A stretch of 64,000 bases of DNA from Myxococcota bacterium. GTDB taxonomy: Bacteria; Myxococcota_A; UBA9160; SZUA-336. The notes under the pieces were generated by a model that had not been told where the DNA came from, ran no database searches, and saw nothing but the letters and a program-made list of their open reading frames with translations. Shown here piece after piece: positions 54,091 through 63,428 of this stretch. The first letter of the stretch is position 1; each line of letters begins with the position of its first letter. Both the position numbers and the translations under genes were made by a program. The stretch lies in the NCBI GenBank assembly GCA_046754285.1, contig JBHHVJ010000012.1:3249-67248 (forward strand), written 5' to 3'.

Positions 54091-55640
54091 ACCGCGCGCG
54101 GAACGTCCGGATGCATTCGCCAGACGGGCACCCCACAGAAATGACTCCCTTCGGTGCAGCGCGGGCGCACGCGTCTGCTGCGCAGGACACAGGGCGGACC
54201 GATGCCCGCGGCGAGCTCCGGGTGAACCTCCCGCACCTGCTCGACCTCGTCCACAGAGGCTTCGTAGATCTCGCGTTGCGCGTTCAGGCAGGTGCGCGCA
54301 GTCCACTTGTGGAGCAGGTGGAGCAGCGAGCCCGACTCCTGGAAACGGATCGCACGGGCATTCGGAAGCAGGTACTGCGCCAGGCGAAGATCGATCCCTC
54401 GGTCCACCAGCGTGTTCTTCGCCTCCCAGAGCTCCCCCACGGCCGTGTCGAATCGGCGGCGCAGCACCGGGGTGGCCTCGATCAGCTCGGGCACGACCAC
54501 GTCAGGCTCGCGGCTGTCGTGCAGCGAAAGAAGCGGCCGGGAGCCGAGCACCATGCGATGCCGCTGGTCCTGCGAGTCCGCGCTGTGGGACAGCTTCTTG
54601 CGGAAGCCGTAGTGTGCGTGCTCCAGCGTCAGCATCAGAGGCGAGTGCATCGACACATTGAGAGCATCGAGGCGATAGGGGTTGCACCCCGGATCGAGCA
54701 CACGCCCCAGCGCCTCCGCGTCGGAGCAGGCCGTCGGCGCCAGGCCCAGTACGCCCCGAACGGCCTCGGCCACGCGGGCCGGCGCGTCGGGCGTCCAGGA
54801 GACCAGCAGAGAGCGGCGCTTCCCCAGCGCGGCGTCGAACGCCTCGCGCCACTCGGCGGACGCCGCTGCGTCCGGGTGCACCTGGCGCTCCGGGATCTCC
54901 GCCTCGGTAAACGGCTCCCGCCCGACGTAGCGGAAGAAGTCGGGATCGATCCGATCCACGCAGGCCACCATGCGCCCGACGACCTCACGGGCCTCCTCCG
55001 GCACATCGCTGGCCTCGACCATGCGTCGCAGTCGGTGCAGCACGATTCCCGAGATGGTGTGGACCAGCGCGGCGTGACAGGCCACCGGAATCACATAGCG
55101 CGCGACTTCGATGGCGCGCTTCTCGATCTCGCGCTCGATCGAGGAGTGAAAGGAGCGTGAGCGCCGCAGCGCGAGATTCCAGTGGCGGCTCAGGCGATCG
55201 CGCAGCACCGGCTCGAGCCCCTGGGCGAGATCCCGGTAGGCCCGCCAAGCGCCCAGCAAGCTGCGTTCGTAGAGCTCACGATCTCGGCCCCCAAGGGACG
55301 GAGGCACGTGGGCCGTGGCGCGCGTGAGCACCACGTAACGCTGGCTCTGCTGCTCGGAGTTGTAGAACGGGTGCCGGTGCAGAAAGGACCAGAGCAGCTG
55401 GCGCGATACACCTTCCAGCGCAAACTCGAAGCTGGCATGCTGGTACACCGTATGGTGTCCGCCCTCGAAGGTCAGCGGGCCGATTCGCCGCCGCTGCCCC
55501 TCCGTGACCTCCTCGGCCTCGACCACTCGATCGGAGTAGCAGGTGCGGGCCGCGGCCACGGCGCCGTCGTACGGCCGGCCGAAATAGCGCCTCAGCGTGA
55601 CGCGCGGACCCTCGTCGCTGACCCGTTCCGGAACGTCCAA
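54087..55640 (-). CDS. ThyX-like (flavin-dependent thymidylate synthase family) long two-lobed protein
   Basis: ORF 54087..56057(-), trimmed to TTG 55640 (GGGAGGACGAGG upstream). The first half has FLHRHPFYNSEQQSQRY, a ThyX-motif-like segment. The second half has SQDQRHRM. The tail is Cys-rich (PPCVLRSRRVRPRCTEGSHFCGVPVW). Confidence 0.6.
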   Translation of the reverse strand: MDVPERVSDEGPRVTLRRYFGRPYDGAVAAARTCYSDRVVEAEEVTEGQRRRIGPLTFEGGHHTVYQHASFEFALEGVSRQLLWSFLHRHPFYNSEQQSQRYVVLTRATAHVPPSLGGRDRELYERSLLGAWRAYRDLAQGLEPVLRDRLSRHWNLALRRSRSFHSSIEREIEKRAIEVARYVIPVACHAALVHTISGIVLHRLRRMVEASDVPEEAREVVGRMVACVDRIDPDFFRYVGREPFTEAEIPERQVHPDAAASAEWREAFDAALGKRRSLLVSWTPDAPARVAEAVRGVLGLAPTACSDAEALGRVLDPGCNPYRLDALNVSMHSPLMLTLEHAHYGFRKKLSHSADSQDQRHRMVLGSRPLLSLHDSREPDVVVPELIEATPVLRRRFDTAVGELWEAKNTLVDRGIDLRLAQYLLPNARAIRFQESGSLLHLLHKWTARTCLNAQREIYEASVDEVEQVREVHPELAAGIGPPCVLRSRRVRPRCTEGSHFCGVPVWRMHPDVPRAV

Positions 55641-55791
55641 CGACCTCGTCCTCCCTGCGGTGAAAGCCGCATTCAGGGGCCTCGTCGCGGGCCGACCCCC
55701 CGCTCCACTCGCCGTGTCGCGGCGCGGCCGGCGTGCACGGCGTGCGAGCCCGATCGACCCCGCGACGTCGCCGCTCCCTCGAGCGGGAACA

Positions 55792-56850
55792 CTAGCACTC
55801 CTCTTCAGCAAGCACGCGCGCGACCTCGTCCCGCGCAAAGCTGGGAAGCTCGTGGCCGCTCGTAGCGCGCACGCCCGCTCCCGCCTCGGCACGACCGATC
55901 TCGCAGGCGGCGTGGCCCCGTGCCTCGAGCTCGCGCAAGGCCGCCCCGACACGGTCCGGGGCAAACGCGGCGAGCAGCGTACCCGAGGCAAGCGTTCCCC
56001 AGGGATCGGCTCCCACAGCCCGGCAGAGCTCGAGCCCGGGCTCGAACCAGAGGACACGTGCCGGATCGATGCTCAGGGCCAGCGCGGAGGCGTCCGCGAG
56101 CTCCCGGAGCCCCGTCGCCAGGCCGCCCTCGGTGGGATCATGCAGCGCGCGTGCCCCGAGGTCTCGGGCCAGGAGCGCGGGCTCCACGACGGAGATGCCG
56201 GGGTCGTTCAAAGCCTCGCGTGCACGCGCACGCTGCGGGAGATACGCGGCGGCGGACGCCTCGAGGGCGAGCACCGCCGCTCCCTCGATGGGCGCCGGTC
56301 CAACCTGGACGATGGAGTCGCCCGGCCGTACGGCGGCGCTCGAGAGCACGCGGCCGTCCTCTGCGAGACCCAGCATCTGGCCGATCACCACCGGCTGTCG
56401 CACCGCGCGGGTGATCTCCGTGTGGCCACCGACCAGCGCCGCACCGAGCTTCTCGAGCGCGGTGTACGTGGCCCGGAACAGCGGCGCCAACGCGTCCTCC
56501 CGGGTGCCCTCGGGCAGCAGGACGGTGGCCAGAAACCAGCGCGGCTGCACACCCATGACGGCCACGTCGTTGGCGTTGATCACGACCGCGCTGGCTCCAA
56601 CTTGCTCCCCGGTGAGCGTGATGGGATCGCTGGCCGCCACGAGCACTCCGCCCGGCAACTCGATGGCACAGGCATCCTCGCCGGGCGCCGGGCCGATGCG
56701 CACCTCGGGCGGCAGCGGCGGTCCCGCGGCAAGGAGCTTACGCAGCACCTCTGCCGGCAGCTTGCCGATCGGAAGGAGGCGGGGCCGCACGACGCCAGAG
56801 TAGCCCCCCAAAGCAGGAGCGCGATCCCCGCAACTGAGGCTTTTCTCCAT
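55792..56850 (-). CDS. AIR synthase-related protein (PurM/HypE/ThiL superfamily)
   Basis: ORF 55792..57090(-), trimmed to ATG 56850. The sequence includes LPIGKLPAEVLRKLL, GEDACAIEL...VAASDPIT, NDVAVMG, VGGHTE and HDPTEGGL. Confidence 0.75.
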   Translation of the reverse strand: MEKSLSCGDRAPALGGYSGVVRPRLLPIGKLPAEVLRKLLAAGPPLPPEVRIGPAPGEDACAIELPGGVLVAASDPITLTGEQVGASAVVINANDVAVMGVQPRWFLATVLLPEGTREDALAPLFRATYTALEKLGAALVGGHTEITRAVRQPVVIGQMLGLAEDGRVLSSAAVRPGDSIVQVGPAPIEGAAVLALEASAAAYLPQRARAREALNDPGISVVEPALLARDLGARALHDPTEGGLATGLRELADASALALSIDPARVLWFEPGLELCRAVGADPWGTLASGTLLAAFAPDRVGAALRELEARGHAACEIGRAEAGAGVRATSGHELPSFARDEVARVLAEEEC

Positions 56851-56878
56851 CAAGGGTCTGAGCTGTGTAAACTGAGCC

Positions 56879-58807
56879 ATGGGCCGAATTTGGATCGTCG
56901 CCGAGGACGAGGCTCTCGCCCGTACGATCGCCGCGATGCTGCAGGACCTCGGGGAGTCCGACGCTGGACCCCCTGAGCGCAGCCGTTGGCGAGACGTGGG
57001 CCCAGCAGACCTGATCGTGATCGCTGCCGGGGAGAGGGCGGCGGGGGAGGTGGCCGGCCTCGAGGGTGTCCTGGACTTTCTGGCGTCCATGCCTCGGGAG
57101 CGTCGAGCGCCTGCACCCGTGCTCTGGATCGAGCCACCCGGCGGTCAACCTCCGGCGGAGCTCGTGCGCCAGCTCGTCGATGATCGGCCGCTTCGATACC
57201 TCGCATGGCCGCCCGACGCCGAGAGCCTCAGCCGGATCGCGGCTGAGCTGCTCTCGGGGACGCACGTGATTCCGAGCCTGCGTGAGCGCATGCGCCGCGC
57301 CTGGGTGACCCGCCGCATGGAACGGCTCTATGCCGGCGTGGATCTGCCCATACTGCGGGCCGCGATCGATCCTCGCAACGCCGCGCGGCCCGTACTGCTG
57401 GTGGGGGAGACCGGCACCGGCAAGAGCCTGATCGCTCACTACATCCACCAGCTCGCCGAGCCGCCGCGGGATCGGCTCGTCGCGCTGCCGGCCGACGCCC
57501 TGACGGCCGACTCGCTCGAGGCGCGCCTCTCCTCCGCCTGTGCGGAACACCGCGTGACCCTCCACCTGAGCCGCTTGGAGCGGGCTCCCGCAGGCCTGCT
57601 GGCCCAGATCGGTGAGCTGCTCGGTGGCGCGGGAGGGCTGGCCCTCGAGCCAATTCGCTGGATCCTGTCGATGACGCACCTGCGAGCGACGCCCGAGGCC
57701 TGGCGCGGCCTTCCGCTGCTGCGCGTCGATCTGCCGCCGCTGCGCTCCCGTCCGGATTTCGAGCCTCTGGCGCGCGCCATGACGCAGGAGATCGCGCACC
57801 AGCAGGGCAAGGACGTGACGCTTCTACCGGAAGCGGCCGCGAAGCTGCGTGAGCTCGCCTGGCTCGGCAACCTGCGCGAGCTCGAGGAGCTGCTGTCGCG
57901 GGCGGTGGCCATGACGCCCGGCCCGACCGTCGGCGAGGAGGAGCTGCGAGCCGTGCTGCCCGGCACGGTGGAGCGTGTGAGCGATCGACCGCCCCCGGTC
58001 ACTGCGGCCGGGCCGCCTCCGGCCGGAGCCTTCGAGAGCGCTGCGCCCGAGGTGCGGCCGGTGGGCGAGCCGCCCCCACTCGCAGCGGCGGCAGCGCCCC
58101 GGACCGAAGCCGGAGAGCCCGAAGCCGATTCCGCCCCCCGGGCCGCCGACACGAACTCGGTGCTTCCCGAGCTGATCGCGCCCCTGGTGCAGGAGATCCG
58201 CCAGCCGCTGCTCGCGATTCGCACCTACGCCGGTCTGCTCGAGCGCAAGCCCGACGACGAGAAGCTGCGCCAGGAGCTCTCGGCGCTCGTGGTCGGAGAC
58301 CTGCCGCGGCTGGAGGGTCTGCTCGGGCGGCTGGAGCGCTTTGCCCGCCTCGGCCCGCCTCGGCTGCGCGCCATCGACCTCTCGTCGCTGGTGGCGTCCG
58401 TGCTGGAGGAGCACCAGACCGACGCGCGAGCCCGCTCGCTCGTCGTGCTGCGAGAGCTCGAAGAGGGAGGTCCACCGGCCCACGCCGATGAGGCACAGCT
58501 GCGCTTTGCGCTCGACGGGCTCATGAGTCAGGCGCTCCGCATGGTTCCGGAGGGTGGAGATCTCTACATTGGAACCCACTGCCTTTCCGATCCCCAGGGC
58601 ACAGGCGCCCGCCATCGCCTGTTGATCCGCTTCCACAGCCCCGAGGACGTCCTGATCGCACCGGACGACTCGCAGGGACCCCGGATGCCGGCGGAGGTGA
58701 TCATGGCGCGCACGCTGATTCGCCGCATGCACGGACGCTTTGCCGTAGACAGCTCGGGAGCGCAGGACAACCTGATTCTGATCGAGCTTGCGAGCGCCGC
58801 CACGTAG
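56879..58807 (+). CDS. multidomain signalling-like protein: pseudo-receiver + degenerate sigma54-type AAA+ + pseudo-histidine-kinase
   Basis: The REC-like N-terminus is RIWIVAEDE...DLIVIAAGE...YLAWPPD. The AAA+ domain has Walker A GETGTGKS and the sensor region WLGNLRELE, but I could read neither GAFTGA nor a DE Walker B (LHLSRLE). The DHp-like segment is LVQEIRQPLLAIRTY, with Gln where the His is expected. The C-terminal CA-like fold lacks the N-box Asn and G boxes. Confidence 0.8.
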   Translation: MGRIWIVAEDEALARTIAAMLQDLGESDAGPPERSRWRDVGPADLIVIAAGERAAGEVAGLEGVLDFLASMPRERRAPAPVLWIEPPGGQPPAELVRQLVDDRPLRYLAWPPDAESLSRIAAELLSGTHVIPSLRERMRRAWVTRRMERLYAGVDLPILRAAIDPRNAARPVLLVGETGTGKSLIAHYIHQLAEPPRDRLVALPADALTADSLEARLSSACAEHRVTLHLSRLERAPAGLLAQIGELLGGAGGLALEPIRWILSMTHLRATPEAWRGLPLLRVDLPPLRSRPDFEPLARAMTQEIAHQQGKDVTLLPEAAAKLRELAWLGNLRELEELLSRAVAMTPGPTVGEEELRAVLPGTVERVSDRPPPVTAAGPPPAGAFESAAPEVRPVGEPPPLAAAAAPRTEAGEPEADSAPRAADTNSVLPELIAPLVQEIRQPLLAIRTYAGLLERKPDDEKLRQELSALVVGDLPRLEGLLGRLERFARLGPPRLRAIDLSSLVASVLEEHQTDARARSLVVLRELEEGGPPAHADEAQLRFALDGLMSQALRMVPEGGDLYIGTHCLSDPQGTGARHRLLIRFHSPEDVLIAPDDSQGPRMPAEVIMARTLIRRMHGRFAVDSSGAQDNLILIELASAAT

Positions 58808-58907
58808 GAGCCCGATCCGAGACAGAGTCTTCGGTCAGGCTCCTCGCCCGTGCGAAGCCCGCACAGTCTCGGCCGTATTTGCTAGCGTGCCGGGGTTGAC
58901 GCGGCCC

Positions 58908-59423
58908 ATGCTGGAAAAGAGGATCGAGTGCGTCCTCACCGATGCGGAGGCGTTCGGCCGCTCTGTGAGGGTCTGCTTCTCACCGCGGCGGGGTCACGCC
59001 GGGCCGATCGAGGATTTCCTCGATCTCGGTGAGCCCGACTCGTTGACGCGTGTTCGGAGCATCGGACGTGTGCTGCGCATCCTACGCGCCGCCCGCGTTC
59101 GGCCGCCGCGCGATCCCTACAGCCTGGGGGACAACCCGCAGCGCCTGGCCACGCTGCTCCAACGCTGTCGCGGCGCGATCGTCTGTCTCGCCGTGTCACG
59201 ACGACTCAGTCGCGCCCTCACCATCTGGACCGAGAGCGGCATCGAGAAAATTGAGGGGGTGATCGACTTCAGCGAGGTGGATGGCAGCCTCTCGGTGCGG
59301 CGCCTCGGCGGACGCAGCCCGCTCGTCTTTCCTCGCCACAGCCTGATTCGCTTTCGACCCACATCGACGGAGAGCCTCGAAGTGGTCGGAATCGATCTTT
59401 CTGTCGGTTCACGCTTGCGTTGA
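58908..59423 (+). CDS. hypothetical protein (171 aa)
   Basis: ORF 58788..59423, trimmed to ATG 58908. The composition is moderately biased. No family is recognised. Confidence 0.45.
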   Translation: MLEKRIECVLTDAEAFGRSVRVCFSPRRGHAGPIEDFLDLGEPDSLTRVRSIGRVLRILRAARVRPPRDPYSLGDNPQRLATLLQRCRGAIVCLAVSRRLSRALTIWTESGIEKIEGVIDFSEVDGSLSVRRLGGRSPLVFPRHSLIRFRPTSTESLEVVGIDLSVGSRLR

Positions 59424-59632
59424 GACTCCACTTCTGATTTAAGTAGACGTGCGGGTCGTTGCCGCTCCGGACCGAGCCGGGCGTTTCCGCTGGGGGGTCG
59501 GGAGGGTCGGGCACGACGGAGCGGCACCCCGCGACCTCCCCAGCGCCCGCACCGTCCCGCGTCCCCGCGTCCCCGATGGGATGCACCGCCCAAGCGTTTT
59601 CCCTCCACCGGCGAATCCCGTACCCTCTGGGT

Positions 59633-59884
59633 ATGTTCGGAATCGGCATGCCCGAGCTACTAGTGATCCTCGTGGTCGCCCTGCTGGTGCTCGGGCCCAA
59701 GCGCCTTCCCGAGGTTGCACGCTCACTGGGTCGCGGCATGGCTGAGTTCCGCCGCGCCTCGAGCGACATCCGTCAGTCCCTCAGCGCTCCGCTGGACGAG
59801 AAGCCCGAGTCCTCGTCGACGGAGCCGCCGGCCGCCGAGAAGGCCGGGGAGAAGCCGGAGCCCGAGAAACCCTCGGATGGATGA
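59633..59884 (+). CDS. tatA: twin-arginine translocase TatA/E family protein
   Basis: The true start is ATG 59633, inside ORF 59459..59884. The sequence MFGIGMPELLVILVVALLVLGPKRLPEVARSLGRGMAEFRRA matches the family. Confidence 0.9.
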   Translation: MFGIGMPELLVILVVALLVLGPKRLPEVARSLGRGMAEFRRASSDIRQSLSAPLDEKPESSSTEPPAAEKAGEKPEPEKPSDG

Positions 59885-60626
59885 CGTTCCCCGTCCGCTG
59901 ATCGAGCACCTCGACGAGCTGCGGCGGCGCCTCTTCTGGGCTCTGGGAAGCTGGGCGCTCTGCGCAGCCGTGGCGGGCTACTGGGTCAAGGACGTGTTCC
60001 GGATCCTGACGGGGCCCGCCGTGGATGCCCTGCTCGAACGTGACTACACGCTGGTCGCGCTGGCGCCGCCCGAGCTCTTCTTCACCTACGTCAAGAGCGC
60101 TCTGCTCACCGGCTTTCTGGTCTCGCTGCCGATGATTCTCTACCAGGCGTGGGCGTTCGTGTCGCCAGGTCTGTACAGGCAGGAGCGGCGCTTCGCACTG
60201 CCGTTCGTGGTCTGCACGACTCTGCTCTTTCTGGCCGGCGCGACGTTCGGCTACTTCGTCGCGTTCCCGTTCGTCTTCCAGTACTTCCTCTCGTTGGAAT
60301 CCGAGGTGATCCGCACGAGCTGGAGCGTCCAGACCGTCTTCTCGTTCATGGCGCGGCTCTACCTGGCCTTTGGCACGGCGTTCCAGCTTCCCATCGTTCT
60401 ATTCTTCCTGTCTCTCGCCGGGATCATCACCCCCACGCTGCTGTCGAGATGGCGCAAGTACGCGATCGTAATCATCTTTGCGGCCAGTGCAATCATCACG
60501 CCCCCCGACGTCGTGAGCCAGGTCATGCTCGCGCTCCCGCTCTGGGCGCTCTACGAGATCGGCCTCCTGGTCTCGCGACTCGTCGTGCGACGTCGCGCTC
60601 GCCTGGCCGAGCCCACCGGCCAGTGA
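59877..60626 (+). CDS. tatC: twin-arginine translocase subunit TatC
   Basis: ATG 59877 lies inside ORF 59715..60626. The sequence has LIEHLDELRRRL, six TM helices, FVSPGLYRQERR and IITPPDVVSQ. Confidence 0.9.
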   Translation: MDDVPRPLIEHLDELRRRLFWALGSWALCAAVAGYWVKDVFRILTGPAVDALLERDYTLVALAPPELFFTYVKSALLTGFLVSLPMILYQAWAFVSPGLYRQERRFALPFVVCTTLLFLAGATFGYFVAFPFVFQYFLSLESEVIRTSWSVQTVFSFMARLYLAFGTAFQLPIVLFFLSLAGIITPTLLSRWRKYAIVIIFAASAIITPPDVVSQVMLALPLWALYEIGLLVSRLVVRRRARLAEPTGQ

Positions 60627-61330
60627 GGCTCCGCGTCGTGCTCTTCGATATGGGGGGCGTGCTCGTACCGGACCCACCGGGCTACGAGGGCGCGGCGTCT
60701 GACGCGGGGTTGGTGGCTCGCTTCCGGGACGCCGGCTTCGAGGATCCGGAGAGCGCCATCCGGGCCTGTGCGCGGCGCCTGCACGATGCCTACCGGGCGC
60801 TCGAGGCGCAGTGCACGCAGCCCGACCCGGACGTCGTCTTCGCCGAGCTCGATCCCGCGCTTCGCAGCCGGCTGCTCGAGGCGTTTCGGCGCGAGGCCGT
60901 GCAGCCCCCCTACCCCGAGGCGCGTGGGATCGTCGAGGACCTGGCGCGCGACTTCGTGCTCGGACTGGTCTCCAACACCGTGATCCCGGGAGATCATCAC
61001 GCCCGGAACCTGCTCGAGGCCGGGATTCTCCAGCATTTCCGCGTGGCGGTCTGGTCGGCGAACTTCGGAAGACGCAAGCCGGATCCCGCCATGATCGAGC
61101 ACGTCCTCGCGCGGCTCGGGGCGCGCGCCGAGGAGGCCCTGCTGGTGGGGGACAAGCGGCGCACCGATGTGCGGGCCGCGCGACGCGCAGGCGTGCGCGT
61201 GGCCTGGCTGCGCCGCGGGCGGGAGTCCGAGACGGAGAACGTACCCGACGCAGAGTTTACGATCGACGATCTGCGCGCGCTTCCCGCGCTCGTGCGCCAA
61301 GAGGCCGGGATTCGCTCGCGGGGCTCATGA
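60623..61330 (+). CDS. HAD-superfamily hydrolase (subfamily IA)
   Basis: GTG 60623 overlaps the tatC stop. Motif I is VLFDMGGVLV, motif II is LVSNT, and motif III/IV is KPDPAM...VGDKRRTDV. Confidence 0.85.
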   Translation: MRLRVVLFDMGGVLVPDPPGYEGAASDAGLVARFRDAGFEDPESAIRACARRLHDAYRALEAQCTQPDPDVVFAELDPALRSRLLEAFRREAVQPPYPEARGIVEDLARDFVLGLVSNTVIPGDHHARNLLEAGILQHFRVAVWSANFGRRKPDPAMIEHVLARLGARAEEALLVGDKRRTDVRAARRAGVRVAWLRRGRESETENVPDAEFTIDDLRALPALVRQEAGIRSRGS

Positions 61331-61846
61331 ATCCTCGGGCGGCTCGATCACCACCAGCAGGGCGCCTCCCTCGACGGCATCCCCCTCGCTCACCGCGATC
61401 TCGGTGACGACGCCTCGGATCGGGCTTCGCAGCTCGTTCTCCATCTTCATGGCCTCGATGATCAACAGGCCCTGATCCACCTCGACGCTTTCCCCCATCC
61501 CGATGAGGATCTTGACGATCTTGCCCGGCATCTGCGCGCGCAGCTCCTGCTTGCCGGAGACCACCTCCGCCGCCGAGGCCTGGAGCGCCTTGCGGCGCTC
61601 GTCCACGACCGTGAAGTCGAAGGCGCTGGTTCCCACGTGGACGTCGAGCGTGCCGTCCTCGCGCTCGTCCACGCTGCCCTCATACTGTCGGCCACCGATG
61701 AGGATCGAGTACACCGTGCGCGCCGTCTTGCAGGCGTCCACCCGCACGGGCCGCTCGTCGTCGACGCGCACGTCGAAGGCAAAGCCGCCCGCCTCATGGA
61801 CCTCGACGCTGAAGGTGTCCCGACCGTGGGTGACCTCGTAGCGCAC
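61325..61846 (-). CDS. biotin carboxyl carrier / biotinyl-domain protein
   Basis: The C-terminal sequence QMPGKIVKILIGMGESVEVDQGLLIIEAMKMENELRSPIRGVV carries the AMKM biotinylation motif. Confidence 0.85.
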   Translation of the reverse strand: MRYEVTHGRDTFSVEVHEAGGFAFDVRVDDERPVRVDACKTARTVYSILIGGRQYEGSVDEREDGTLDVHVGTSAFDFTVVDERRKALQASAAEVVSGKQELRAQMPGKIVKILIGMGESVEVDQGLLIIEAMKMENELRSPIRGVVTEIAVSEGDAVEGGALLVVIEPPEDS

Positions 61847-61877
61847 GGCTAGCGCGTCCTCGACGCCCGATCAGACA

Positions 61878-63428
61878 CTACAGTCCCCGACGCAGCTGGC
61901 GGAGCCGGCCGCGCTGCTTCCAGGCGGATAGGGTCCCTGCACCGCCGGCGCTCGCGCGGGAACGCGCAGCGGCCCGGTCCCGGTCGCGCTTGTAGCCCGC
62001 GATCGCGGCCAGCATGATGGCCACGCGCCTCTCCTCCCCATCGGGCGGCAACGAGGTCGTACCCGTGCGCAGGATCTCGGTCTCGATGAAGCTCGTGTCG
62101 AAGCGACCTTCGACGAAGAGCGGGTGCTCCATGACGACCCGATGAAAAGGGATCGAGGTCTTGATGCCCTTGACCACGAACTCCTTGAGCGCGCGGCGCA
62201 TCCGCGCGATGGCCTCGGTCCGGTCGCGCCCCCAGCAGATCAGCTTCGAGATCAACGGGTCGTAGTAGACCGTGACCTCGGCGCCCGGATAGACGCCCGA
62301 GTCGTTCCGAACCCCGGGCCCACCGGGCGGACGGTAGACGAGAATCTCACCGGGGGACGGGCGGAAGGCGTGTTCGGGGTCCTCGGCATAGATCCGACAC
62401 TCGATCGCCCAGCCGTTCAGACCGATCTCCTGCTGGTTGAGGTCGATCTTCTCACCCGCGGCGATGCGGATGCCCGTCTTGACGATGTCCACGTTGGTCA
62501 CCATCTCGGTCACCGGGTGCTCCACCTGAACGCGGGTGTTCATCTCGAGGAAATAGAAGTCGAAGTTCTTGTCGACCAGGAACTCGCAGGTTCCGGCCCC
62601 CTCGTAGGACACGGCCTTGGCCGCCGCCACCGCGGCCTGACCCATCTCCTCGCGCAGGCTGGGCGGCATGCGTGTGGCGGGGGCCTCCTCGATGACCTTC
62701 TGGTGTCGCCGCTGGATCGAGCACTCACGCTCGAAGAGATGGAGGGCGTTGCCGTGCGAGTCTCCCAGGATCTGGATCTCGATGTGACGCGGCTGCTCGA
62801 CGAACTTCTCGATGTAGATCGAGTCGTCCCCAAAGGAGGCTCGCGCCTCTGAGCGGGCGCGCTTGATCCCCTGCTCGAGCTCGGCTTCCTCGCGCACCAG
62901 CCGCATGCCCTTGCCGCCTCCTCCCGCCGTGGCCTTGACCATGACGGGAAAGCCGATCTCGCGCGCAAATCGGATCGCCTCCGCGTCGTCGAGCTTTTCG
63001 ATGGTGCCCGGAACGATGGGTACACCCGCCTCGGACATGGTCTGGCGGGCGATCACCTTGTCGCCCATGGCCTCGATCGTCTCCGGTCGAGGCCCGATGA
63101 AGACCAGCCCGGCCTCCGCGCAACGTCGAGCGAACTCGGCGTTCTCGGAGAGGAAGCCGTAGCCGGGGTGGACCGCCTCGGCCTCCGCCCCCCGCGCGAT
63201 CGCGAGGATGCGGTCGATGTTCAGATAGCTCTCGCGCGCGGGTGCCGGACCACAGGGATAGGCCTCGTCCGCGTAGCGGACGTGCAGCGCATTCCGGTCC
63301 ACATCGGAGTAGACCACGGCGGCCCGAATGCCCAGCTCCCGGCACGCCCGTGTGACGCGCACCGCGATCTCCCCTCGGTTCGCGATCAGCACCTTCTCGA
63401 AGGGAGGAGATGCCTTCTCAGAGCTCAT
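61878..63428 (-). CDS. accC: biotin carboxylase subunit of an acyl-CoA carboxylase
   Basis: 516 aa, with [13 protein letters not shown] and the ATP-grasp sequence [22 protein letters not shown] is present, as is a C-terminal extension beyond the canonical AccC length. Confidence 0.9.
   Translation of the reverse strand: MSSEKASPPFEKVLIANRGEIAVRVTRACRELGIRAAVVYSDVDRNALHVRYADEAYPCGPAPARESYLNIDRILAIARGAEAEAVHPGYGFLSENAEFARRCAEAGLVFIGPRPETIEAMGDKVIARQTMSEAGVPIVPGTIEKLDDAEAIRFAREIGFPVMVKATAGGGGKGMRLVREEAELEQGIKRARSEARASFGDDSIYIEKFVEQPRHIEIQILGDSHGNALHLFERECSIQRRHQKVIEEAPATRMPPSLREEMGQAAVAAAKAVSYEGAGTCEFLVDKNFDFYFLEMNTRVQVEHPVTEMVTNVDIVKTGIRIAAGEKIDLNQQEIGLNGWAIECRIYAEDPEHAFRPSPGEILVYRPPGGPGVRNDSGVYPGAEVTVYYDPLISKLICWGRDRTEAIARMRRALKEFVVKGIKTSIPFHRVVMEHPLFVEGRFDTSFIETEILRTGTTSLPPDGEERRVAIMLAAIAGYKRDRDRAAARSRASAGGAGTLSAWKQRGRLRQLRRGL

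Noticed and set aside
56878-56883. CCATGG at which ATG 56879(+) and ATG 56880(-) overlap, suggesting divergent genes sharing start codons
   Set aside because: The minus-strand AIR-synthase-related protein aligns better from ATG 56850 or later, because the conserved LPIGKLP comes after it. The 10 extra codons (MAQFTQLRPL) are not needed. The overlap is probably fortuitous.
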